Assembly (NCBI RefSeq): GCF_006345805.1
Contig: NC_043017.1
Location: 21,328,001 to 21,392,000 of the forward strand
From: Octopus sinensis
Taxonomy: Eukaryota
Direction: 5' to 3'
DNA: 64,000 bases
The position numbers were made by a program, and so were the translations under genes. Below are positions 1 to 12,144 of this stretch, in pieces. Within the stretch, counting starts at the first letter, position 1, and every line of letters starts with the position of its first letter. The notes beneath the pieces are model-generated. The model was not told the DNA's origin and ran no database searches. It was given only the letters and a program-made list of their open reading frames with translations.

Positions 1-185
1 CAACATGTCATGCAAAATACTTTTAGTGGCATTTCATTCATTTTCATGTTCTGAGTTCAAATTCCACCAAGGCCGACTTTCCTTTTCATCCTCTAGGGGT
101 TGATAAAATAAGTACCAGTTAAACACTGGGGTGGACATAATCGACTTATACCCTCCCCCAAACTCGCTGTGCCAAAATTTGAAAC
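1..185 (+). mobile_element. tRNA-derived SINE, family A (5'-truncated)
   Basis: B-box-like gagttcaaattcc followed by the body ...cctctaggggttgataaaataagtaccag, matching the fuller copy at 30298-30530. Confidence 0.8.
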
Positions 186-196
186 CATCATTATTA

Positions 197-227
<31 letters not shown>

Positions 228-1289
228 CGTTATCATGTGTGTGTGTGTGTATGTGTGTGTGTGTGTGTGAGTTCATAGTAAGAGATCCTATGTAACAAAC
301 TAATCAGGAAGATGGAAGGGAGAATGAAGTGAATTAATCCCTGTTTATGATTGGCTGACTGAAACGGGAAACAAAATATATATGAACCAAAATGAAAATT
401 AAACAACTACAAAATAACAACAGCAAGAAGAAAAAGAAGAAGAAGAAGAGGAAGAAGAAGAAGAACAACAACAACAGCAGCAGCAGCAGCAGCAACAACA
501 AAAATAATATCTCAACAGCCCCAAAATTATTTTTCAACGATAGAAAATAGAATATTTTCATCTATGAAGATGACAGACTCCATCTAGTGGTTAAAACATA
601 GTCATATTGTAAACAGAGACAGAAAAGAATAAATAAATAAATAAATAAATAAAAATAAAATCAGTAGAAAAAAAATATAACAGACAAACAAATGAGTAAA
701 AAACAGAACAACCATATACGAAATTGTATGGAAGCCTAGAATGGAAAACAAAAAATATAAACCTAGAAAATATTTCTTGGCGAATAAAATAGTGAATGGT
801 TTTATTAAATGTTTTAGAATTAACAACGAAAAAAGAAAAGGCAAAAAAGCAAGAAATCTATAAAAATCCAGATTTTTCTGGAAATATTAACTAGATTTCT
901 GCTAATTGCATATCACAGTCCACATTGTTCTTTTCACAAATTCTTTAATATTGAATGTACAAAAACCTTCCGAAATTTTTCATTGTTCCTTCTTCCAAAG
1001 ATCTTTCTAGTTCTTTCAAAATGTTCCATCCACTCTTCAATCAATCCGATGCCCTTTTTTTTTTTTACCCCTATCTTACAGGTTTTTCTCTTCTGTTTCA
1101 ATTCTTTCTTATCTCACATTTTGTTCTTTTCATTATTTCTTTTACTTTTTCCTAAATTATTACCTTTTATTTATTATATACATATTTTATACATATTTTA
1201 TACATATTCTAGTATCTTATTTCTGGGAGTTTCTTCCAATTCCTACATCCTTATTATTTATTTATCTTCCAATTCTTCCTTCATATATA

Positions 1290-1356
1290 TATATATATAT
1301 ACATATATATACATATATATATATATATATGTAACATATACATATGTATGTGTGTG

Positions 1357-1388
<32 letters not shown>

Positions 1389-1536
1389 AGAATATACTAT
1401 ATATATATACACATAAATTTATGTGTGTGCATGCATGTGTGTGTATATATATATATATATATATTATATACATATATACATATATATATACACACACACA
1501 CACATATGTATACATATATGTACATATGTATATATA

Positions 1537-1571
<35 letters not shown>

Positions 1572-1711
1572 TTTCACTTGCATCTACTTGGATTTCTTAT
1601 ATCTATTTTAACTTGTATGTATGCATGTATGTGTTGAAAGAGACAATGAAAGGGAAAGAAAAAGATATATATACATATATGTCTCTCTCTATCTATCTCT
1701 GTCTCTCTCTG

Positions 1712-1772
<61 letters not shown>

Positions 1773-1780
1773 TTCCTCTC
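1290..1780. repeat. Compound (TA)/(CA)/(CT) microsatellite block, representative of many in the window
   Basis: Direct reading; similar blocks at 4427-4795, 13480-13960, 17350-17665, 23645-24110, 31445-31935, 55800-56140, 59430-59960. Confidence 0.95.
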
Positions 1781-2434
1781 TTTTTATGATCATTCCAGCA
1801 GTTTTTCTCTCCCTCCACTACTTCTGTTTCCACTTAAAGCAATACAAATTCATATTTAATCTGCAAACTTCTTCTTCTGTTAATTTTTATAATTCACCAT
1901 TCTCTTCAATCTAACCAATCTATATTTTTCCTAAGTCAATTCTTCTAATCATCTTTTATTTCCATTCTTTGAAAATCTTAATGAAGTTTCCGTGATATTT
2001 TATAATTTCTTTAAATGTATTTCTCCAACAAATTCACTTCAAATTTTCAAAAGATTTGAATGTGTATATGATTCCTTTTACAGTTCACTTCTTAGAGATA
2101 TTACTGTTTATTGTTAATATTTCATTATCAATTCTGGAAAGGGCAGAATCGGTAGAGCATCTGACAAAATGTTTAGTGGGTTTATATGACCTTAGGACAA
2201 GTAATGGTTTTATCCTGCCAGGTTTCTCGCAACCCTCTTCCCCAACCAAACCTGGTCACTCGTGATTGCTATTACTTGCAAAAGAATATGCTGTTTAAGG
2301 GCTTTAGTCCCTGTTGGCCCAACAGGTCAGATCTACTGCGTGGCACCTTGAACAAGTGTCTTCTACTGCTACAGGCCAACCAAAATCTTGTGAGTGGACC
2401 TATTAGGCAGAAGCACAAAGAAGCCCATCGTATA

Positions 2435-2680
2435 CATAGTCATGGCCAAAACTTTGGAATGTAGGTCTGAAAATTAGAATTTTTATATTAAGTGTCCAAA
2501 GTCATATTTAATTTGTAATATATTATTACTTGGCCAAAAGTTTGGGGCACGGGCCTGAATATTAGAATTTGTGTAGTAAATGCTCAAATATCTACGTAGT
2601 ATATGTTTGATTTGAATTGTACTTGGGTATAACAATTTTGATTTTTAAAGAAAGGATACAAACTTTTGGCCACGACTATG
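2435..2680. mobile_element. Tc1-like MITE with ~24-bp TIRs and an internal direct repeat
   Basis: catagtcatggccaaaactttg ... caaacttttggccacgactatg are inverted repeats resembling the Tc1 end CAGTCGTGGCCAAAAGTTT; second ggccaaaagttttgg...attagaattt copy at ~2531; TA on the left. Confidence 0.75.
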
Positions 2681-2699
2681 TGTGTATATGTGTGTGCAT

Positions 2700-3165
2700 T
2701 TTGCAAACAACTTGCACATGCAAGTGCTTCCAGTGAAGAGCTCTGCATACCGGAAGCCAGCAAACCAGTAGAGAATGCGCACTGTTTCAGGGTTTACCTC
2801 TCAATGGCATCAATGTGCACCAGCCCCACTCATTGATATGAGGCCCCACTTACTAGATCAACTGGTTATCAAATAAAGCTCAATATTCTTCTAGCTATAG
2901 CTATCGCTCATTGTCTCTTTTTAACCAAATCCAGTGGCTAACCTTTTCCACTGTAGCTTGGATATCGGTCATAGTGGTATTTACTTTACAATGAGTCAGG
3001 CCTCACGATAACAACAATCGTCTCACATTGTGTCTAACAAACCCTCTGCATCTCACTTTAATTAGAAGATGCTCCGCTTTCCAGCCTGTGTCATCACATT
3101 TCTCTAAGAAGTTGGTCAATCTATCAAGCTCGAGTGGCATCCATGTTATCTTCAAGAGGAACCAT
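2700..3165 (-). pseudogene. Decayed 3' end of an RLE-type (Hero/R2-superfamily) non-LTR retrotransposon
   Basis: Minus strand with frameshift and stops: VPLEDNMDATR / GWKAEHLLIKVRCRGFVRHNVRRLLLS*GL...VEKVSHWIWLKRDNER*, resembling the Hero motif VPWEE..GW..IEVGCRGF..ASxWLWxKR; stop at 2901-2903. Confidence 0.75.
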
Positions 3166-3377
3166 TATATATATATATATATATATATTATATAAAAGGG
3201 CTTAGTAAAATAAATTACTTTGCCGCATACTGAACTCATTAGAAATAGCAGCCAAAAAAAACTTTTCTAAAACTATTTCTAATACTTAAAGAAAACCTCT
3301 CTCATATAGTGTTTGCTCAATTCAACTCACGAAAGTATGGGGGTAGAGACATTAAAAAATCAAATGCAAAGGTTATT

Positions 3378-3430
3378 TGAGAACGTACGTTTCAAGATTA
3401 GTCAAACTCGACATTTCTATCATCAGCTCA
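3378..3430 (-). ncRNA. Minimal type-I hammerhead ribozyme motif (left arm)
   Basis: Exact reverse complement of the motif at 4088-4140. Confidence 0.65.
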
Positions 3431-4087
3431 GAACTCCCTGGTTTGGATTTGAAAACACTGAAAGTGGGAGCATACCCTTTCAGCTTCTTCTCGCTTCTGA
3501 AGATCTGCTCGACACTAACAGTGCCAACAAACTCAAAAATGCAAGCGAAGAATTTCTGCTCTCCCCTTTCCACCAGCGTGGGTTAAAATCAGTAAACACT
3601 ATGCTTTTTTCGGTAAAATCCGAGGCATTATATAGAGAGAGATGAATTATAATTTCAACAATTGAGGGTAAAATTAATTAATTAATCAATTTCACCAAGT
3701 ATTCAGTATGCAAAGGGACCATTTAAGGCGAATTCAAATTATTACATTATATAAAAGGGCTTAGTAAAATAAATTACTTTGCCGCATACTGAACTCATTA
3801 GAAATAGCATACTGAATACTTGGTGAAATTGATTAATTAATTAATTTTACCCTCAATTGTTGAAATTATAATTCATCTCTCTCTATATAATGCCTCGGAT
3901 TTTACCGAAAAAAGCATAGTGTTTACTGATTTTAACCCACGCTGGTGGAAAGGGGAGAGCAGAAATTCTTCGCTTGCATTTTTGAGTTTGTTGGCACTGT
4001 TAGTGTCGAGCAGATCTTCAGAAGCGAGAAGAAGCCGAAAGGGTATGCTCCCACTTTCAGTGTTTTCAAATCCAAACCAGGGAGTTC

Positions 4088-4140
4088 TGAGCTGATGATA
4101 GAAATGTCGAGTTTGACTAATCTTGAAACGTACGTTCTCA
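4088..4140 (+). ncRNA. Minimal type-I hammerhead ribozyme motif (right arm)
   Basis: TGAG-CTGATGA-[TAGAAATGTC GAGTTT GACTAATCTT]-GAAA-CGTACG-TT-CTCA: stem I TGAG/CTCA, intact core, palindromic stem III AACGTACGTT, GUU site; U.U at the base of stem II. Confidence 0.65.
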
Positions 4141-4440
4141 AATAACCTTTGCATTTGATTTTTTAATGTCTCTACCCCCATACTTTCGTGAGTTGAATTG
4201 AGCAAACACTATATGAGAGAGGTTTTCTTTAAGTATTAGAAATAGTTTTAGAAAAGTTTTTTTTGGCTGCTATTTCTAATGAGTTCAGTATGCGGCAAAG
4301 TAATTTATTTTACTAAGCCCTTTTATATAATGTAATAATTTGAATTCGCCTTAAATGGTCCCTTTGCATACTGAATACTTGGTGAAATTGATTAATTAAT
4401 TAATTTTACCCTCAATTGTTGAAATTATATATATATATAT

Positions 4441-4475
<35 letters not shown>

Positions 4476-4606
4476 ACATATATATACATAATACATATAT
4501 ATATGTGTGTGTCTGTATATATAAATATACATATATATGTGTGTATATATATATATATATATAAATATACATATATATGTGTGTGTATATATATATATAA
4601 TATACA

Positions 4607-4641
<35 letters not shown>

Positions 4642-4729
4642 ATATACATATATATGTGTGTATATATATATATATATATAAATATACATATATATATACA
4701 CGCTCACACACGTGTATATATATATATGT

Positions 4730-4761
<32 letters not shown>

Positions 4762-4879
4762 AGATATATATATGTATGTATGTATGTATGTATGCTTTTG
4801 TGGTTGAGTATATTTTTCTTCCGTTTGACAATTGGTGTTGGTATGTAATATATCTGTGTGTGAATGCGTGTTGTGTTTG

Positions 4880-5210
4880 TCTTTGTCCTCACCACCATTT
4901 GACAACCAGCGTTGGTTTGTTTACATCCCCATAACATAGCTAAGAGCAACGCTGACAGTAAATTGAATCAGAAGAGACCTCAAGGCCAACTGACCCTATT
5001 TATCCAGAAAAAAAAACATACAGACATAACTTGGCAACCAATGTTGGTGTGTTTACATCGCCACAACTTAGTGCTTTGGCAAAAGGGACCTATAAAGGAA
5101 GTACCAGGCTTACAAAGAATAAGTCCTGGGGTCGATTTGTTCAGCTAAAGGCGGTGCCCCAGCATGGCTGCAGTCAAATGACTGAAATAAGTAAAAGAAT
5201 AAAAGAAAAA
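4880..5210 (+). mobile_element. SINE family B, 3' half
   Basis: ttgacaacc...aagaataagtcctggggtcgat...cagtcaaatgactgaaataagtaaaaga tail shared with 37075-37455. Confidence 0.85.
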
Positions 5211-5950
5211 ACAAACAGGCTATATTTTCAGCCCCTGACAATCATCATAACGAGGACATTCATTCCTTCATGTGTTTTAATTAATTTTGAAAATAATGAT
5301 TAAGTTGGAAGGATCTAATTAAATTAAAACATCTTTTATTTGGGTTTGTTTTTGTTTTTAACTATCACCCTAGTGTTTCAAATACGATTTTGCAAACATA
5401 TTTTGGGTTGTTTTTACTTTTGTTACATGAAATAAATTATGGAAAGGTTTTAATTCAAACATAATCACTTTGAAATTAGCAGAATTGTTTAATTGGGCAC
5501 ACAATAAATATGCTACCACCAAAGTGGTAAATCTAATTTTGGTCATTATCATTTTGACCTTACAATTTAAAGTAAGCAACCTGTAAAATCGGTGCCAAAA
5601 CATAATCAAGAACCCCACCAAAAATATTTAGAAAATAGTTTTGTAATTCTTGCAAAGAGTTTATTGGATGCTGTCAAATAGTTGATGCTTATTTCTTTCA
5701 AAAACTGGATTTAAAATAAAAAAAAAAAATTTGGGTTTGTTTTGTATCATCTTTTAGTTTCTTGTTAGAAGAAATTTAATTTCAATGCTGCAGATGACAT
5801 AAGGCTTTTTTTCTGGTCAAAACTGTCATTTATCATCATTGACTCATTTTCTTGCTTTCTCTTTCTCTCTCTCTCTCTTTCATACACATACACCCTTACG
5901 AGACCAGATGTCAGCTAAGTAGCCATATGGCTAGATGAGAGGAACTTAGC

Positions 5951-6179
5951 TTAACCCTTTTGTTACTATATTTATTTTGAGATGCTTTGTGTTTCTTTCG
6001 ATTAATTTTAAATATAACAAAGAATTTAGTAAAATAACTTAGTTATCATTAAGCTGGTGTTAGGAACATAAATTGTGACTAAGGTTTGGTGGAAGAATTT
6101 AATTCAGAACTTATGAAAACAAGACATTTGTACTCAGAGCCAGAGGCAGTTTCAGGCAGGTTGGTAACAAAAGGGTTAA
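5951..6179. mobile_element. piggyBac-like MITE, TTAA-flanked
   Basis: TTAA-cccttttgttac ... gtaacaaaaggg-TTAA; related fragments at 29842-29985, 49780-50630, 61855-62200, 62840-63000. Confidence 0.8.
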
Positions 6180-6344
6180 AGTTAGTTTTCTCATTGCCAC
6201 AGCCAGCACCAATATCTGAAAGCCATAAGCAACATATATCACATTTTGTCAGATGACTGTCACTCTTGTCACCCCTCAGGACTGACCCTCGATAGATTGA
6301 AATTAATTACATGAAGCTGTACAGGTTATACTGCATTGTAGTAA

Positions 6345-6630
6345 CATAGTGAGAAAAAAAGGAGGAGGATAGAATAAGAAGAAGAAGAAGAAGAAGGAGA
6401 AGAAGAAAAGAAGGAGAAAAGAAGAAAAGAGAAGAAGGAGAAAATAAGGAGAAGAAAAGAAGAAGAAAAGGAGAAGAAAATAAAAGAAGAAGAAGAAAAA
6501 GAAGGAGAAGAAAAGAAGAAGAAGAAGAAGAAGAAGAAGAAGACGAAGAGAAGAAGAAGAAGAAGAAAAGAAGAAAAGAAGAAGAAGAAGATAAAGAAGA
6601 AGAAGAAGAAGAAGAGAAGAAGAAGAAGAA
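6345..6630. repeat. (GAA)n purine microsatellite
   Basis: Direct reading. Confidence 0.95.
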
Positions 6631-7155
6631 CCCATTTACTTTTCCATGTTTTGTTGGAATGCAATGAAAGCATGTTGGAGCAGATGCCCTTCCTATTGTT
6701 AACCCCACTATATTTCCAGGTGAGATGAACAATCTCTAAGAGTACTAAACAACAAAACAGCCCAGACATTCCTTACTTAGAGAAGTGCAGAAAGTGTGTG
6801 TGTGTGTGGGGGTGTTTATCTCTCACAGCATTTCACCCAATGCTGGTTTGTTTACATTCCCATTACTTAGGTGTTTAAATGAAAGAGACAAGAGAAAAAA
6901 GCACCAGGCTTTAAAAAGAGCAAATACTGAGATTGATTTGATCAACTAGACCCTTTGAGGTGTTGCCCCAGCATGGCCACAGCCCAATGCCTGACACAAG
7001 GAAAAGAATAAAACAAAAAACAAACAAAAGAACAAGAGAATGCCAACAGCAGAAGTTGATTATGGAAGAGGAATGAGTAAGGGGGAACATGGGAAAAAGT
7101 GATGAGGTGAGACTTGAGAAACTGTTGTGTCTCACAGGCAAATGATGAAAGAAGG

Positions 7156-7210
<55 letters not shown>

Positions 7211-7303
7211 GGGAGACTGAGATACCGGGGTCAATATAATCGATTTACTCCCTCCACCCTACAAATTTCAGGTTTTGTGCCTTTAGTAGAAAGGATTATC
7301 ATA

Positions 7304-7353
<50 letters not shown>

Positions 7354-7504
7354 GGTGACAAGCAAGCAGAATTGCTAGCATGCTGGGCGAAATGCTTAGT
7401 GGTAATTTTTCTGTTGTTAAGTTCTGAGTTCAAACTCCACTAAGGGGTGGTAGGAATTGATACAAGTGTAACTCTGAGTTATGTTTGTTTGGAAGTACAG
7501 ACAT

Positions 7505-7875
7505 AAAACAATGAAGATGAGGATGATGGTGAAGACGATGATGGTGATGGTGAATATGATAAGGATGATGGTGAAGATGATGATGATGGTGAAGACGATG
7601 ATGATGGTTAGGACGACGATGGTGATGGTGAATATGATGAGAATGATGGTGAAGACGATGATGATGGTGATGACAGTGATGGTGAAGATGGTGATGGTGA
7701 AGATGATGATGGTGATGGTGAAAACGATGGTGATGGTGATAATGGTGATGATGGTGAAGACAATATGGGTGATGGTGAAGACGATGGTAGTGATGGTGAG
7801 GGTGAAGACAATGATGGTAATGATAATGATGATGATAATAATGAGAGTGGTGATTGTGGTGATGATGATGACAGT
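7505..7875. repeat. Degenerate (GAT/GGT)n trinucleotide array
   Basis: Direct reading; similar arrays at 8965-9120, 9945-10330, 21895-22130, 22390-23245. Confidence 0.9.
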
Positions 7876-8280
7876 GATTATAAACAAGATGTGTTAAAAA
7901 AATGACCTGACTTTATTTTTTCTTGCAAAAACCAAAGCTGCATGAGCAAAATCCTTTGGGAAGGACATAACACTACCTTTCCTGTGCAAGCTTGATAGGT
8001 CACCTTAGTTCCTTGCTGTTATGCCTAGATAAAAGTATACACCAGTCATATACTGAGGTCAATGATATCAACTAATCCTGCTGCACTCATTAATTTCAGG
8101 ACTTGTGACTCTGAAACAAACAATTAATAGTTGCATTTAGTTGTGGTGCTGTAGATTCTGAGTTCAAATTCTGAGTTCACTGTAGTTGTCGTTTTTGTCG
8201 TCTTCCTCAGAAGTGAAGATGAGACACATACATACATACATATATATATGTATGTATATATATATATATATACATATATA

Positions 8281-8493
8281 TACTCTTTTACTTGTTTCAG
8301 TCATTTGACTGTGGCCATGCTGGAGCACTGCCTGTAGTCGAGCAAATCGACCCCAGGACTTGTTCTTTGTAAGCCTAGTACTTATTCTATCGGTCTCTTT
8401 TGCCGAACCGCTAAGTGACGGGGACGTAAACACACCAGCATCGGTTGTCAAGCAATGCTAGGGGGACAAACACAGACATACAAACATATACAC

Positions 8494-8528
<35 letters not shown>

Positions 8529-8698
8529 CATATATACGACAGGCTTCTTTCAGTTTCCGTCTACCAAATCCACTCACAAGGCTTTGGTCGGCCCGAGGCT
8601 ATAGCAGAAGACACTTGCCCAAGATGCCATACAGTGGGACTGAACCCAGAACCATGTGATTGGTAAACAAGCTACTTACCACACAGCCACTCCTGTGC
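8281..8698 (-). mobile_element. Full-length tRNA-derived SINE, family B
   Basis: Minus strand has head ggagtggctgtgtggtaagtagc...gggttcagtccc, internal (TA/CA)n, tail aaacaagtaaaagagta. Confidence 0.9.
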
Positions 8699-10500
8699 CT
8701 ATATATATATAAAACTTTGCAACCAATGAGTTGCTGCCAATATTGTGCTGTGTTGTGTTGATATATTGCTGTCTCTCTTTCTGTGGTCGGAATTGAAACA
8801 GCTGGCATCAGTGCAGGCAGTGACTCAGATGGTAGTGCCACCTGGATGCCATTTTAAATAATTCAGAACTTCTTCGGTGGAAGAGAATATATCTTCATCA
8901 TCATATACACACTGTTCACGCTTGATGATGATGAAGAGGAGGGGGAGGAAGAGAAAGAAGTAGTGGAGGAGGATGGTGATGACGAAGAGGGTGATGATGA
9001 TGATGAACATTGTGATAGAGCCAATGATGGTGATCTCAACAATGGTAATATTGATGATGGTTGTGATAATGATGATGACGATGATGATGATAATGGAAAT
9101 GATGATGCTGATGATGAATATATTATTCTTCTTTTGTCTTTCACAAATTTCTACATTTCTCACTCCCTCCTTCTCTCTCTTACCCTATCTCTCTATCTAT
9201 CTTTTTCTCCCTCCTCTCTACTTTCCAAGTAACCCTCTCTTATATTCTCCTATGCATCACTGCCTTTCCTTCTCACCTTTCTCTCTCTCTCTCTCTTTCC
9301 CTCTCATTCTCTTCTTCCTCTTCTTCTTCTTTGTCTTCAAGAATTATTCCATTACATAGTCTAGTTGACACAGCATGGCGGATGATGGGAGATAAGGGAT
9401 GCTTCCCTTAATACATCTTGTCATCTTTCTTCAGATAAATAAGGAGAAGTCATTTATTCCGCAATTGGAAAAAAATGGTAAGCAGCTTGCCAGAGCGCGC
9501 ACACACGCACACACACGCACACACACACACACACGCACACACACACACACAAGCATATATTTACTGATTGGGGAACAACAGGGTGCTGGGACCCTTCGTT
9601 CTGCACCCTTGCCTCACTCAAATAGTTTATGACCCCAATAGAATTTCAAATGGACTTAATTATTATTTTATTCCTGAGTCCATATTTATATGGATCGTCT
9701 CCTGTTCCACTGCAAGCTGTCCTTGCTCCCCCCACACACACACTCCACCTTCCCTTGAATCATTTTCTTACCCTTTTCTTTGTTTTTTTTTATTTTTATT
9801 AATTTTGCTTTCTTCTTTCATGATTTCATAGTTTATTGCTTTATTTATTTATTTTTTATTTATTTTCAATTTTTTTGTTTGTTTCCAAAAGAAAGCCACA
9901 AGAGAAAGCAATCAAGAGAAAGATAGATATTTCTTTTTCGTTATCACCATCATCATAAACCCATTGCTGCCATCATCATCAGCAACGACATTGTTATAAC
10001 ACACGTCTTCGTCAACAGCATCATCATCGTTGTCATCACCATCGTCAATAATATCATCATCATGACCATCATCGTCATCATAATCTTCAGTCAGCATCTT
10101 CATCATCATGGTCACCATCATCATCTTCAGTAAGCGTCTTCAACATCATGGTCACCATCATCATCGTCACTATCATCAACATTGCCATACTCTTCTGCTC
10201 ATCATTATCATCATACTCAACATGATTGCCATTATGACAATCATCATAACTCAACCGCCTTCTCCTCTTCATCATCATCATTATCATCAACAGCAGTATC
10301 GTCGTCATCGTCATCATCATCCTACTCCTCCTCATCATCATCATCATCACTTGAATTATTGCTGTCATTTCTCTACATTGTCTTCAATGCTTGAGATATT
10401 AGATGAGTCACCTGTGATGCTCCGATACATTCACAACTGGATACACAGAAATTTACTGAGTTGGAATTCTTCACCATCATCATCATCCTCATCATCATCA

Positions 10501-10555
<55 letters not shown>

Positions 10556-10557
10556 GT

Positions 10558-10680
10558 AAAGTGGTGAGCTGGCAAAATCGTTAGAATGCCAGGCAAAAAG
10601 TTTAGTGGCATTTCATCCATCCTTATGCTTTGAGTTCAAATTCCGCCAAGGTTGACTTTGTCATTCATCCTTTTGGATTT
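10558..10680 (+). mobile_element. SINE family A, 5' part
   Basis: ggtgagctggcaaaatcgttag...gagttcaaattccgccaaggttgac. Confidence 0.8.
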
Positions 10681-10758
10681 TATTATTTTCTATGCTGCCT
10701 TAAACCTTTTGCTGTCCCATCTATGACTGCCCTGGATCTATGAAACAGACTTTCTGTC

Positions 10759-10986
10759 TTAGCCTTTTAGTACTTAAACTGGCCACATCCAGCCAAAACA
10801 TGCTACTTGCCTTATATTCTAACTGGCCAAATCTGGCCACGTCATGACTACGCTCTAATGTCATTCTAAAAATAAACTCCCACAGTGTCAAACTCTTGAA
10901 GATAGAAATTAAATCATAATTAATTCAAAGCAATGTGAATAAATAAGACTGCATTTAACACAATAATCTGAGTACTAAAGGGTTAA
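10759..10986. mobile_element. Second TTAA-type MITE family
   Basis: ttagccttttagtact ... agtactaaaggg-TTAA terminal inverted repeats; related degraded copy at ~61575-61802. Confidence 0.65.
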
Positions 10987-11224
10987 AGCGATCTAAATGA
11001 GAACCTTCCATCAAAATTTGTTGGTTTATGTTCCAAACACTAAATTAAGAATGACAAAAGATATTTTACTAAATTGTTCATTATTTGCAAAATTAATTGA
11101 AACAAAAGCATTGTATTTCAACAGGAATATGGTAAATAAAAGGGGTGGGGGTAAAAATAGTTAATGGTAAACTAAAATAAGATCTGTATGAATTCAAATC
11201 AATTTAGCCAGAAATTCCCAATTC

Positions 11225-11430
11225 TTTTATTCTTTTATTTGTTTCAGTCATTTGACTATAGCCAAGCTGGAGCACCACCTTTAGTTGAACAAATCTATCC
11301 AGGACTTATTCTTTATAACACTAGTACTTATTCTATCGGTCTCTTTTGCTGAACTGCTACATTATGTGGATGTAATCAAACCAACATCGGTTGTCTAGTT
11401 ATAGTGGGAGGACAAACACAGACACACAAA
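11225..11430 (-). mobile_element. SINE family B, 3' half
   Basis: ttttatttgtttcagtcatttgact...ttctatcggtctcttttgc. Confidence 0.8.
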
Positions 11431-11484
11431 CACATACATACATACAAATATATACATATATATACATATATATACATATATATA

Positions 11485-12010
11485 TAATAAATCTCTGAGC
11501 AAACTATAAACAGTTGCAGCACATCGTGAAATATATTTGCCACCTAACTGCAGCTAACCCTTAAGAGTCGATACTACTGTAGCTTGTAGCCTCAGGAAAA
11601 CATCTCCTCTATCTGGCTATTGACAGACTATCTGTGCCCTATCAGTATTTGCAAAGGGAAGTCATCACTACCATCTCTAGCCTGATGTGATACACATGGA
11701 CCCAAATTTCTGGGTATTGATCCATCATCAGCAAGTGACAACCACCAGTTGGTGATGAGAAGTGGCTCTCAATGCAAATATATATATATATATACTTTTT
11801 CCAGTGATGAAAAGTCACTGATCTTGAAAAAGTGGAAACGAGCAATAATAAATCTCTGAGCGAGGTATAAACAGTAGCTACATGACATCATGAAGTATAT
11901 TTGCCACCTAAATGTGGCTAACCCTTAAGGGTCGATGCTACTCTAGCTTGTAGCCCCAGGAAGACATCTCCTCCAGTTTGCTATTGACATACTGTCTGTG
12001 CCCTATCAGT
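11485..12010 (-). mobile_element. ~360-bp head-to-tail tandem element (1.45 copies) carrying an HHR; PLE/retrozyme-like
   Basis: tctctgag...gccctatcagta repeats with ~361-bp period; same family at 38857-39313. Confidence 0.75.
11693..11737 (-). ncRNA. Minimal type-I hammerhead ribozyme motif
   Basis: Minus: CACTTG-CTGATGA-TGGAT caat ACCCA-GAAA-TTTGGG-TC-CATGTG; GUC site, stem I CACTTG/CATGTG, stem III decayed relative to CCCGGG in the 39-kb copy. Confidence 0.7.
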
Positions 12011-12073
<63 letters not shown>

Positions 12074-12108
12074 CCGGAGTAAACACATAAATGTGAAACA
12101 AGGTGGAA

Positions 12109-12144
12109 TGTCCGACGAACGGGAACGTGAAACTCCGAGTAACA
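12109..12144 (+). ncRNA. Hammerhead-like motif with variant core CCGACGA
   Basis: TGT-CCGACGA-ACG ggaa CGT-GAAA-CTCCGAG-TA-ACA; all three stems present, near-palindromic stem III, GUA site. Confidence 0.55.

Larger units (their letters stand above)
3188..4430. mobile_element. Fold-back of a 559-bp tandem unit (Penelope pseudo-LTR/retrozyme-like) between (TA)n tracts
   Basis: 3188-3711 is the reverse complement of 3807-4330 (one mismatch seen, 3482/4036); each side is ~1.1 head-to-tail copies with 559-bp period; one HHR per arm. Confidence 0.8.

Noticed and set aside
3498-3560. Other isolated CTGAnGA words (also 14255, 19939, 47523, 50738)
   Set aside because: No stem II plus GAAA plus stem I arrangement follows.
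3313-4205. Mirror-image 110-aa ORFs
   Set aside because: By-product of the inverted repeat; no recognisable domain (no GIY-YIG or RT motif seen).
9434-9476. Plus-strand exon candidates (also 21250-21297, 45039-45089 and acceptors at 24333, 43010, 51981)
   Set aside because: AG/GT pairs of this quality are expected by chance in 64 kb, and the peptides are not recognisable; left unreported without RNA data.
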